The position numbers and the translations under genes are program-made. The notes below the pieces were generated by a model. That model searched no databases and was not told where the DNA came from. It was given only the letters and a program-made list of their open reading frames with translations. From Catajapyx aquilonaris (Eukaryota), in assembly GCA_000934665.2 (NCBI GenBank), contig JYFJ02001649.1, positions 53,874 through 73,873 of the forward strand: DNA of 20,000 bases, in the 5' to 3' direction. Below are positions 9,517 through 20,000 of this stretch, piece after piece. Each line of letters opens with the position of its first letter. The stretch's first letter is position 1.

Positions 9517-12502
9517 ATGGCAGAAGGCGGCGGCGGCGGAGGAGGGTATGACCCGTGCGAATGCATCTGGGACCACGAGTATGCCATGAGGAGACTCATT
9601 TCCATTGTAAGTGCTAATCTGTTTATAGATCTGTGGATGTAACGAGTTTCATTGAAGCCTAGTCTCATTGACTTGATTGAAATTATTAATCAGGAGCATT
9701 ATTTTGAGATGGCAGTGGCCACTTACACATCAATGTGACGTACCAATACTGTTCCATTTCCTGAACACAACTATGACTTTTTCCCATGATTCCATGGAGA
9801 TGTAAAAGTAAAGAGTGTCAACAATAGGACACTCCCACTTCTGAAATTGTTCTATTGTTGACACTGTTTATTCTTTTTGTTGACTGTAACAGAAGGAAGC
9901 CATTTCAGAAAAAAGCCATAGTAGCGTTCAGGAAACGTTCAAAAAGGACCTAATTACCTTAGGCCCGGCATGCAGAATTGCGTAACTGCTGTTTTGCAGT
10001 GTGGGGGGAAAAAATTGACTGAATTGAAAGACTATAAATTCTGCCTAATCGAGAAGCACTGGGAAAATGTGCAAATAAAACTTATCATGTCAACCAGCTG
10101 GCAAGCAACAGTTCTTGATAAAAGTAATGCAGTAGACTTCATATCTATGGGTGTCGACAGGGATAATATACACGAATATACATCAGTCACCTTCACGTTA
10201 TCTGCACATTTTATCTTATCTACACTCTTGTACAGGTTACCTTACGACATGCTTCAAGAAGTACATTTTCCCAATAATTTTACTTCCATCAAAAGGCTTC
10301 AGTGTGATGCAAATAACCACAATATTCCCCCAAGCCTATTTACATAGTTACTTCACAAAAGGACAGAAAGGCCAAGCAGTGTATCGAATCCCAAATGTAT
10401 TTTGTGGCCATTTTGATATAGTCACTGAGATATAAAATGTTTAAGAAATCTTGTGCATAATTATATTTTTGATTATTTTTTATTTTGATAAAAGAAAATT
10501 ATTTAAAAAAAGTTAGTTCTCATCGTAGTAATTTGGATGAGAGAGTACTTGCTATCAGTAGTACACAACTCTGATACCAAGGATCCATCGCGTTCATATC
10601 AGCATAAGGAAGTGAAATTTTCCTTGAAAAATTCTGTGGGTTGCGTAGGATATTTGTGACTGTAAGATAAATACTTATCTCGATTGTCTAGCTACATTAT
10701 TAGATATAGCACCCTTATACAGACATTGGGTCCACTAGATTAATTATGAAACTTTGCATGTATTTCTCATTTTTGCCCAGTTATTGTAGAAACATCTGTA
10801 CTTACCAACAATTGTTTCTTCCCCTCCTTTTAAAACCTGCCATGGACCTATGACCTCTTATGTTGGACACAGTTGCGCCACTCCCAGTCATACTGCACTG
10901 ACAATGAGTGCCTGCAAGAGAGTGAGTATCTACCATGCCCTCTGCTTTGATGAGCTTGAACTCACCTGAAATTATTTTCCAGTTCCAGGTCCTGTGAGCC
11001 CTGGATCCCAGGTGGATGGTGTGGGTGGTGGCGGCAGTGACGGTCTGATGCTCCTGGCTCTCTGCTGGGTGGTGGTAGCAGTGGCTCTTTTCTTCATGCG
11101 GCCAGCCTCCATGAGGCGGGCCACAAACCAGAAGCCGCACAACAACCATCAGGTACAAGCGTCTTTGCTTCCTTTTCTCCTATGGGATCATCCGTAACAC
11201 ATGCCATGCTGACTTGCACCTTTTTTGACTGTCCCCCATACCCCCATGTTATGCAGTCACACTGTACCTAACCAACTCCCCCATAAAAAGCGTTGCTGCT
11301 GTCACCGTCTCCTTTCCCCCAAAAACCTTTGTTTTATCTTCTGTCTCTTCCAAGTAAACTTTTCATGGAATCTGCCTCTATGTTAGTGTTTAGTGTTTCT
11401 TTGAGGCCCCCCCCCCCCACCCCCAATCCCCCCACCAGCAACATCCTTTGTGGACAACTATGGAATCAAAGAATTGACAGAGTAGTCCGGGTTATTTAAC
11501 TTGTAATTGAACTATCACCATGTATGGTCATATCAACCAGATTTCAGCTTGGGATCCAGAGATTCAGTTCATGCGACTAAATATGGTTGCATTTGAAACT
11601 ACAAGGTAAGCCATCCCCAACTAGATCTTATTTTAACATGCTTATCAGGAAATTCCCTCCTTTAATCCCATGTGATGTGATTGTACAAGAACGTTGATTT
11701 TCTGAAAAGTGGGGGCTCTAATAGGGAGCACCTTGCTCTCGGACATCTGGACTGCCGTGTCTTATAATGACTGACAGACAGGCAGAATTGTGCAAGTGAC
11801 ATAACAGCAAGGGACAGTAATTTAATGGCAATGTTACTGTTGTAAATGCGTCACAGTGCCAAGGACAATGGAATTGAAATTGAGATACAATTGTCTAATT
11901 CTGAATGTCGAAATGAATCATTCACTACAGTGGATAAAAATCAGGGTTGTAAGTGCTTGACCAACATGCAAGTGAACTCATATTAACAAGTTCCTTGACA
12001 GGTTCAATTGTGGGGAAGGAAGGGCACAGGTCATGGAATTTGGGGTGAGTATGTTGGGTACGATATGCATGCCCAGCATACCTCCGCCAAACTCAATGCC
12101 TTGTGTGCTTTCTCCACACAACCTCAATCCTGGCAAAGGGCATGCCAGTTTGAGGACGTCCTCCATGAAATGCTACTGTAGATGCTTCATCCAATAAAAA
12201 TGTGCAGTTCAATTAGATTATATCAGTAGAATTATAGTGTGCACACCACTGTTTATTTGAACACCTATACTTGGTGTAAAGTGAAAATTTTAAGACAAAA
12301 TAAGGTATGAATACATGTATTGTAGCTCTATGAAAGTCAACCAATGGGAGAGTAGCGTGACTAGACATGGATTCAACTTGCATGTACTTGATGCATAGCA
12401 TTTAGACATGACTGTATAGGCAGATTCTTTGAATTCAATTTCTCTGCTTTTGTGCCTTGACAGGGACCTGATGGCCCAGATGCTCCTCCTGCTGTCCAAT
12501 AA
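9517..12502 (+). CDS. SMIM14: Small integral membrane protein 14 (DUF2615 family), 115 aa, 4 coding exons
   Basis: Exons 9517-9606, 10873-10921, 10983-11152 and 12464-12502, all GT-AG and in frame. Translation [50 protein letters not shown]...LMLLALCWVVVAVALFFMRPASMR...-GPDGPDAPPAVQ* matches the SMIM14 signature (DPCEC..HE.AMRRL..LLR.SQSYCTD.ECLQE, one TM helix, then RP). AATAAA at 12717-12722. Confidence 0.95.
9757..9935. mobile_element. Intronic MITE-like foldback element
   Basis: Outer inverted repeat tttcctgaacacaactatgacttttt / aaaaagccatagtagcgttcaggaaa (3 mismatches). Inner inverted repeat agtgtcaacaataggaca / tgttctattgttgacact (1 mismatch). Confidence 0.6.
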
Positions 12503-12945
12503 ACCACCAGCCCTATTGATTGAGGACTAAAATTGGTGTACATAACCAATGTATCATGTGCGAGGCACGCACACTTATTATTATTACAATGTACAGTGGA
12601 ACCTTTCCTTCCCTCTTTCCCAGTTAACCCAATGCATTCAGAAGGAAGTCCACCATTGTATTTATGCACTGTACCTATCCCCTTTCACCTTGCTGTACAT
12701 GCATTGTACATCATTCAATAAAAGATGGATCATATATTAGGTATGAACATGTGCTTCACTATTAGTACAATTTTTGGTACTTTTCCATTTGCTGATACCC
12801 ACTATGCATATTTTCTGGAACAGGCTTACCCTTTATTGTTACTCCATGGAAATGCAGCCATTGTTGACACTGTTTAGTCCATGGAGGTAGGAAACTTTCG
12901 TACCTCCATGGTTTATTCCATGGAAATCAAAGAGTTCTGCTATGA

Positions 12946-13405
12946 TACGAGGGCTGTAAATAAAATAGTGGCACCACATCTCTAGAAAATCAGTGAAATG
13001 GAGGAAGTTTACACCGCTTATGCCACAGATAGGCTAGGTCTTGAGCTAACCTCAGGGCAGCACTAAATGCGACGCCCCACCTCTACATACGCATGCGCAG
13101 TAAAGATTAGAACGTGAGCTGTTGCAATCAACCAGTCTAAAGACTATGTTTTCCAAATTCGAGCAAAGGTGTTGGTTGAAAATCGAATTTGGCATGTTCT
13201 TTTCGAGGCATGTGGGAAACATGCATGGCCATAAAGAACAGTTGCAAGGTGGGCAAAAGCCTTCCGTCAGGGAAGGCAAAACATGACAGATGAGCCCGTG
13301 GACCGGACGTCCAAGTGCAAGTTGGTGCAAATGAGAAACAAGTTGCTGGTGTTTCCGCATTGATGGAAAACGGTTGGAGATGGACAGTTAGTGAGTCAGC
13401 AAATA
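12946..13405 (+). mobile_element. Decayed, 3'-truncated mariner (Tc1/mariner) transposon with transposase N-terminal HTH pseudogene
   Basis: Typical mariner end TA-CGAGGG at 12946. From the ATG at 13146, across frameshifts and a stop, it reads MFSKFEQRCWLKIEFG / LFEACGKHAWP*RTVARWAKAFRQGRQNMTDEP / TGRPS / VSALMENGWRWTVSE. This matches the mariner HTH pattern EQR.WIKI...EACG..ALPYRTVARW...F..GR....D..R.GRP...RRWT..EL. Confidence 0.88.
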
Positions 13406-13804
13406 GAAAAGTACCCAATTTTTCAATGCCTAAGTCACTCATCTTTGCTTTCATCCATAACGTTTCATTGGGAACTGCATGCACGATCGAGGTCAAATTA
13501 ATTGGTTATTGTACTCTGAAATGTTCAATTAGAATTTTCGTAAAAGTCCTAAAAAAAATTACTGAAATATTTGCCTGACTACTACTTGGTCTCTCAGCCA
13601 GTCACTGAGGGAATCCCTGCAAAATACTGCTGTTGTAATGACTGGGTTCTTGAATAATACTATGCAGTATGCATCTGGGAATGCTGCAGAGAAATCTGGC
13701 TTATTTCCTCGATTTACTGGACATCGTTATTGTCTGGCGAATAATTAAATAAGGAACACAAAAAGAAAGAAAAAAATTGAATTGTGACCATTTGTGGGGA
13801 AAAA

Positions 13805-13810
13805 TTTATT
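13805..13810 (-). terminator. Candidate polyadenylation signal for ZCCHC8
   Basis: First minus-strand AATAAA that I find downstream of the stop codon. It is followed on the minus strand by a U/GU-rich tract (tttttttctttctttttgtgtt). Confidence 0.45.
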
Positions 13811-13917
13811 CCCCTACAGTCAAAATTTACAAGGCTAGTTATGACACACCCCACGAAGAAAATATCTTGCTTTCTATTGTTAAAAAATGTGGCTCCAATA
13901 AAGTGACTTGCTCAAAT

Positions 13918-15139
13918 TAGTCCGGGCCCTAAGCGTTTTAACCTTGAACTTTGTGATAAGAAGGTGCCACTTGGCACCTATGTTCCTTAGGCCTATAGGA
14001 GCAATTCCAGAGTTGCAGGCAACTGATCGGCCCTTTAGGTCACGAGTTATGCGGTGTTGCCAACATGGCCGGGGATGACCTGAGTGTTTTTAATGTTGCA
14101 TTTTGTGATAAGAAGGTATCGCTTGGCACATATGTTCCCTAGGTCTGTAGGAGTCGTTTGAGACATGGCGGCACTTGATCGGCTCCTTAGGTCAGGAGTT
14201 ATGCGGTGTTGCCAACCTGGTCCTGGACCTAAGCGTTTATAACAATTTTTAACTTTGCATTTTGGGATTTTGGCAAGCATGTTCCCCAGGCCTAGAGGAT
14301 CCATTTGAGAGCTGGCGGCACTTGATCAGCCCCTTAGGTCACGAGTTATGCGGTTATGCTTAGGTCCCGGACCATGTTGGCAACACCCCATAACTCCTCA
14401 CCTAAGGAGCCGCTCACGTGCCGCCATCTCTCAAATGGATCCTATAGACCTAGGGAACATGTCTGCCAAGTGGCACCTTCTTGTCACAAAGGGGCAGTCC
14501 AGACGCGCCAACCTTAGCCGCGGCTGGTCGAGGCCGCGATGATTCACACGGCAACCGCCACGGCTCAGAAGTTGGCCAAGTTGGCCAACTTCCTGGAAGT
14601 TGGCTCGCTGCTTGGCCACGGCTTGGCCTCGGCGACGGATACTGCGCGTCACTTGTTTTTCGTCGCTGCCATGACTACCGGCCACTATTACAAATGCGGG
14701 TGGCTGTTATTAAAATATGTGCCCGTCTGAACGGGTACCGTGGCCAGCCGTGGCTCAGCAAGCCGGGGCCGACGCCAGGGCCGCGGCTAAGGTTGGCCCG
14801 TCTGGACGGCCCCATTGTGCAGAGTTAAAACGCTTAGTTCCCTGATCAGGTTGGCAACACCGCATAACTCGTGACCTAAAGGGCCGATCAGTTGCCTCCA
14901 ACTCTGAAATTGCTCCTATAGGGCTAAGGAACACATGTACCAAGTGGCACCTTCTTATCCCAAAATGCAAAGTTAAAAATGGTTCAATACGCTTAGGTCC
15001 AGGACCAGGTTGGCAACACCGCATAACTCGTGACCTAAGGGGCCGATCAGTTGCCTGCAACTCTGGAATTGCTCCTATAGGCCTAGCTTATCACAAAGTG
15101 CAAGGTTAGGCCTGATTTTTGCGCTTAGGGCCCAGACTA
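13918..15139. mobile_element. Non-autonomous foldback DNA transposon (Academ-like TAG...CTA ends) whose arms are tandem ~150-bp units
   Basis: Termini tagtccgggccctaagcg / cgcttagggcccagacta (1 mismatch), flanked by a direct aat duplication (13915-13917, 15140-15142). Three forward units start near 13928, 14079 and 14228, and three reverse units start near 14358, 14831 and 14990. The centre of symmetry is near 14355. Confidence 0.8.
14491..14813. mobile_element. PIF/Harbinger-like MITE (323 bp) nested in the foldback element
   Basis: 34-bp TIRs ggggcagtccagacgcgccaaccttagccgcggc / gccgcggctaaggttggcccgtctggacggcccc (2 mismatches) around a GC-rich body. It interrupts a host unit between tcacaaa and gtgcagagtt, leaving 3 extra nt. 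Confidence 0.8.
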
Positions 15140-15330
15140 AATGAACTGCGAAGAACTTACTGTGATGGATTTTTCAAACACAGGACTCAGGAAAATGCAC
15201 TCTTCTACTGAACAACCTGTGTCAACCACACAGTCTTGCACGTAATAGTTACAACCAAAAAAAATTGCTTTCAGTTGAACAACTGCACTCACAGTGAGTG
15301 AGTCAGAATTATCTTGCAAGTGTACCTGGT

Positions 15331-15437
15331 GTCCAACAAGAATTGTCGCAGCGGCAGCGCACGAACTACAGTCTCTCGTGTCCTTGTTCTCGTAGATTGT
15401 AGTTCGTGCGCTGCCGCTGCGACAATTCTTGTTGGAC
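15331..15437. repeat. Perfect 40-bp inverted repeat (hairpin/mini-MITE) just downstream of the ZCCHC8 stop codon
   Basis: gtccaacaagaattgtcgcagcggcagcgcacgaactaca (15331-15370) is the exact reverse complement of 15398-15437, with a 27-nt spacer. Confidence 0.92.
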
Positions 15438-15510
15438 TGATAGTACCTGACAACTTTAGGTTCTCAGGTTGTGCACTTAAAACTTCGTATTGCAGTGCAT
15501 TTGATTAGAA

Positions 15511-18500
15511 TCAGTGTCGGACACTTGGCATGTCTAATTCAATTACACAGCTATCATCATCATCCTCCACAATGATCCCATCCTCTTCATCATCCGCTCT
15601 CGGTTGCACTTTGCTGGTGGAAGGGGAGGGGGATTTGGACCCAGGGATGGAAGCGTACATAACCCTACGCCTAACTTTCTGCAAGAGCGAGTTCATGGTT
15701 TGGAACTTTCCTGTTGAGTTTGGCATGTTCTCAAAGAATTCCATAGGACCCATGCCATCAGAGAAGTGGGATGCATCAGGAAGCTTCTCATAAGGGCTCA
15801 CCGATGGTAGCACTGGGGTACGTGGCTCGTAGACGTCTTTCTTGACAGCTTCTGCTGCACTATCCTTCACCTCTTTCACCACCTCTTTCACCTCCTCTTT
15901 CACTACCTCAGGCACAACCTTACTGGCCACCCCCTCAGTCTTTACCCCAGCAGCATGCTCATTGAGTTGTCCAAGAAGCTTCTTGTGCACTTCTTCTAGT
16001 TCATTAAGTGATGGGCTTCCTCTCCCATCATCTGCAATGTCAACCACTACTGGGCTTTCACACCGGCGTTTGGCTGGCACCTCACTTTCTTCCTGGCGAT
16101 TGTGGTTGCTCCTGCTTCTCTTCAGCCTCTTTGTCATGGTGAATTTGAGCTGTTTTGCAGATAATGGAGGCATCCCATATGAGCTACTCTCATCCACCAT
16201 GCCTGATGGTATTGGCATGTTATATCCTGGAAAGTCTACCAGTTTGTCTGGGTCAAAGGTCACATCATTGGAGGTATCTCGTCGCTTGGTCCTGGTTGTC
16301 GTCCCGTCAAATAGCTCAAGACCAGATGGGGTCAGCTCTGCCTCCTGGAGCCAACCTACAAATATATTGAAGGATTACAGAAGGAATTCACAGCGAAAGT
16401 CCTTTCAGACAGCATATGCTAATGATACATTTTATGTACTTTCCCAGTCATTTGATATATGATAATTTCAAGAGGAGGCATTCATAATTAAGGCCTGCAC
16501 AAGGGAAGGTTGTGTTCTGTTGTAACTGGCCATAAGATTGAAGATGACCATATTTTTCATAAAATTAAATGTGAAATAAGATAAAACTACTTTAGTTACT
16601 GATGATCTTATTACGTACAAATGAACAGACTAATCGCATCACTCCATAATAGTAATAATTAATATAACTTGGGCACTGATGTCACAATGGAAGCAATGAC
16701 TTTCAACAATTCAACTAACAATTAACAGGCCAGAGGTGTCAGTATTCAAGTCAGATTTTGTGACTGTACATCTCCGCAACTTTTAACCTTGCAGGGTCAC
16801 AGTAAATGTGAACAAAAGGTGCGTTTACACTGAAAGGCCACATACATGCTCCATATGTGATTGAAAAGATGTTCAGATGAGAAGATGAAGTGAGCCACAA
16901 AATGCCTACACTTTTTTGCAACTGTATCACAAAGATGTCTGGCCCTTGAATGTAAACACACAGAACATCTCATACCCTTTTAAGTAGGCAACTATACCTG
17001 GTGGGTATCCCCAGAGCCGCATCTGATACACATAAAAAGGCAGCTGGTTGGAGCGTAGATTTAGTGCCATTCTCAAGGCATTACTCAGTTGCCCAGGGAC
17101 TATCCCAGCTCCCATATTCCCACCTCCTTGGTGGTACCGCATCTGGCCCCCACCCCCACCACCTCCTCCGCTGTCCATAAAGGATCTTCTGTTACGTGCA
17201 ATGCGAGCAGGATCTCTGGGCTCTTGGCACTCAGGCAGGCGGTGACCAGTTCCACCACAGTTGAAGCAGCTTGATTGCCTCCCAACTGCTTCCTCTTTGC
17301 TTGCCTCTCCTTCACCTTTCCCTCGCATCACACCAACAAATGACTGAATCAAAAGAGTAGTGTCAGCAACACAGGATGGTTTAGTTCTACCATGAGCCAA
17401 CCTTTTGGTAGTGAGGAACCCCCCACACTGAGTTGTGTGAGGCATCTTTAGGCAGGGCAGCAGCAACAGTGCTGGCAACATCCACCTCCACATCCATCTT
17501 CCCTGGTTCTGCCTCGGAGCCCTGATCAATTGGAGATTGAGGAAGGTGAGTGGATGTATCCATTACAAAGCCTTCCCACAAGTCAAGCTGCAGCCGGACA
17601 GGAGTAGTTCTTCTCCTGCTCCCCTCATAGGTAGAACCCTTGGCTAGAAGGCCCACCAGATATTTTTCCACTTCCATGCTGTACTTCCTACAAGTATTAC
17701 ACCAAGTTATAATAGCAGCAGTAAGATACTAATCACCCTACAATGTCATTTCTCCATTTGATTCTCATTGTATTTTAAAATCCAAGTAAATATAAAATTA
17801 CACAACAAACCTGGCTACATCTTCATCCCTGAAGGTGACTGACATTAGTGGTTTAGTCTCAGCACTGCTAATTTCAGCATTTGAAGTGGAGGGCTCTTGA
17901 GTGTCATCATCGCAGCTAGGCACATCAACTACTCCATTAACGTCCTCCTTCACAGCTGTTGATACCTGCACTTCCCTGATGCTTGCCTCATTGCTGTTGT
18001 CATCATCACTCACTTCCACAGTTCCATCACTCATCATGTCGCCTCTCCTGGAATTCCTCTTCCCTGGATCAGTACTCCTTCCTACGCCATCTTCCTCAGT
18101 TTCTTCATCCTATGAGGTGGAAAGCAACCCTCCTGAATTTATATAATGCTGATTTATCAATGTTAAACTTCCTATCTTCTGCTGTGCAACAAATAAACAT
18201 CTGAAATCCTGGTTAAAATGCAAGTTGCAATTCAACCATTAAAAATTGCTTAACTATGTCCATGTCCTCGAATATTTCAACCAGTTGCAACTAAATTAAA
18301 CTGATTAAAAATCACCTCTCTTTATATCCACCACTGCCAATGGCATACCCATACAAAGGTCAGAGAGAGTGCACACTAAGAAAAAATTTCAGTGAGAAGA
18401 CAGAAATCCTACGACCTTTTTAACATTGGTCATGCAGCAAGGCAGGCTTAATGTATAGAATCATCAACTGAATAAGGACACAAACACTGAATACCCCAAC

Positions 18501-18929
18501 ATGCATGTTTAAAAACCAAAACTAAAAGCCAAAATAATAATGACAACAACACCCTGTAGTGAAAGCATAATTCTAATGCACTGTCCTAGTGGCATGTTTC
18601 GTGAAGGAGAAAGCAATAAAGCTAGGTCTACTCGTCTACTTAAGTTTGTTGCTAGTTATTACAAGTTCTTCCAGAGAGCAGGAGATGAACTTGGAAAAAC
18701 CCACCGCTTCACCAAAAGACATGGAGGGTAGTGCAATCCTTCCCACATGAATGGCAGCCACTGCATTCACTCACTATTGTCTAGTTTGCCATGACATTCC
18801 AGTATGTGATTTTAAAAATTGTGTGCCCCTCACCTGTGAAGCACCACTGCTGTCAAGATAAATCAACTCAGCTCGCCCCTCTTCCGACTGACCATTTGCA
18901 TCGCCAGTCTCATCCTTCCCCTTCATCAT
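15511..18929 (-). CDS. ZCCHC8: Zinc finger CCHC domain-containing protein 8 (NEXT complex scaffold; zinc knuckle + PSP domain), about 623 aa
   Basis: Exons 18929-18834, 18109-17811, 17687-17402, 17343-16998 and 16355-15511 are all GT-AG and phase-compatible (1872 nt). Motifs: zinc knuckle CFNCGGTGHRLPEC followed by EPRDPARIARNR, PSP domain PGQLSNALRMAL...LPFYVYQMRLWGYPPGWL, LVDFPGYN, and C-terminal LPDASHFSDG...FENMPNSTGKF. The start is uncertain because the frame stays open to an acceptor at 18954. Confidence 0.93.
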
Positions 18930-20000
18930 TCTCTTGCCTGTTTTGCAGTACACCTTTAAAAGTTACATGCTAAAATTACACACCCACTTATGCATGAGGG
19001 TGCATCTCCCACATATGCAGGCAGGCCATTCATTTCATGTTAAATGAGTGCCTCAAATCTGAGCATGAAACAATCACATCTTACAACTCCTACATTCCCA
19101 ACCAATTTGTTACTGTATGTAATTCTTTGTTAGTATAATTAATGCAGCAGTAAAGTTGATGTGATCACATTCTACAATGCATGCAGCATCACTGTTTAAG
19201 AGGGGAATGGGGGAGGTGTGGTGGCCGAGATGGTAACGTCTCGTCTTGCTGAGTGAAAGGTCCCAGGTTCGGTCCCGCCTGGAAGTTCCCTTTCACCTGC
19301 GTCGGGAGGGTCTCTCACCTGCACCTTGGGAGGTGTCTGGCAACCTAACCTCTTGGGGGACTGTACATGGCCCAAACGTTTAAGACATTGCACCTGCACA
19401 AGTGTCCCCTCCCCTCCCCAACAATCGCTATCCCTACCCTACACCCTGAAGGACAGATGGTGGTGTGCCACCCCCCTATAACGACTTATAGTAGTATCAC
19501 GGGGTAAAATAAATAAATTCAGAGGAGAAGATGCTTATCGCCCGCAATACTCTCTACCATCATGTCCTCCCTATCTCTGTAACAGCTGCGAGAAAAGATT
19601 CCGCATTTCTTTCTTTCACTCCATCCATTGATGCCACACCTGTCGGCTAAAATATTGGCTTCACAAGATAGGGTCAATTAGTGGGCTGAAGTAAAGTATA
19701 CGGGACATTCGCCGAATCTATTAGGAAACAGTACCTGCGGCTTGCCGACCCTTTGAATCGTTGTTTTGCTTCTGGGGTTGAAGTCCGGGAAGTGACCAGG
19801 GACCCCGCAATTAATTCCTCAAGTTGGACCAGAATACACATGGAATCATTGTCATCCTAATTGTTATGTCTCAGTTCGAATCGTAAGTTGCTAGGTTACG
19901 AAGAGCCTCTTCTAAATTAATACAGATCGGTACAGATTTTGAGGTGATTATAGCATGGAATAGCCCTTTGTCTGGGTGATGCTGTATGGCTTTTTGTAAC

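Noticed and set aside
13918..15139. CRISPR-like array or coding ORFs in the repeat region
   Set aside because: Units are about 150 bp with no unique spacers, are arranged as inverted arms, and sit in a eukaryotic context. The ORFs are repeat artefacts.
15842..16462. 206-aa + strand ORF
   Set aside because: Antisense shadow of the ZCCHC8 last exon.

Overview
Eukaryotic (metazoan, probably arthropod/invertebrate) genomic DNA with short GT-AG introns (about 58-63 nt is common). The left half holds three tandem, + strand, two-exon genes for orphan secreted low-complexity proteins. Gene A (1060-2268) is acidic and Ser-rich with a 6-Cys module. Gene B (2725-3745) is Arg/Lys-rich with polyproline and a Gln/Tyr/Asn tail. 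Gene C (4512-6764) is a Gly-rich WRD-repeat protein with several motifs resembling vertebrate prion protein/Shadoo. The right half holds two convergent conserved genes: SMIM14 (+, 4 coding exons, 9517-12502) and ZCCHC8 (-, at least 5 coding exons, 18929-15511). Non-coding DNA is rich in DNA-transposon derivatives: several MITEs, a decayed mariner, a 1.2-kb foldback element built from 150-bp units with a nested MITE, and a perfect 40-bp hairpin. The last two probably lie in the ZCCHC8 3' UTR. All gene models were spliced by eye, and homology calls rest on remembered motifs, not database searches.
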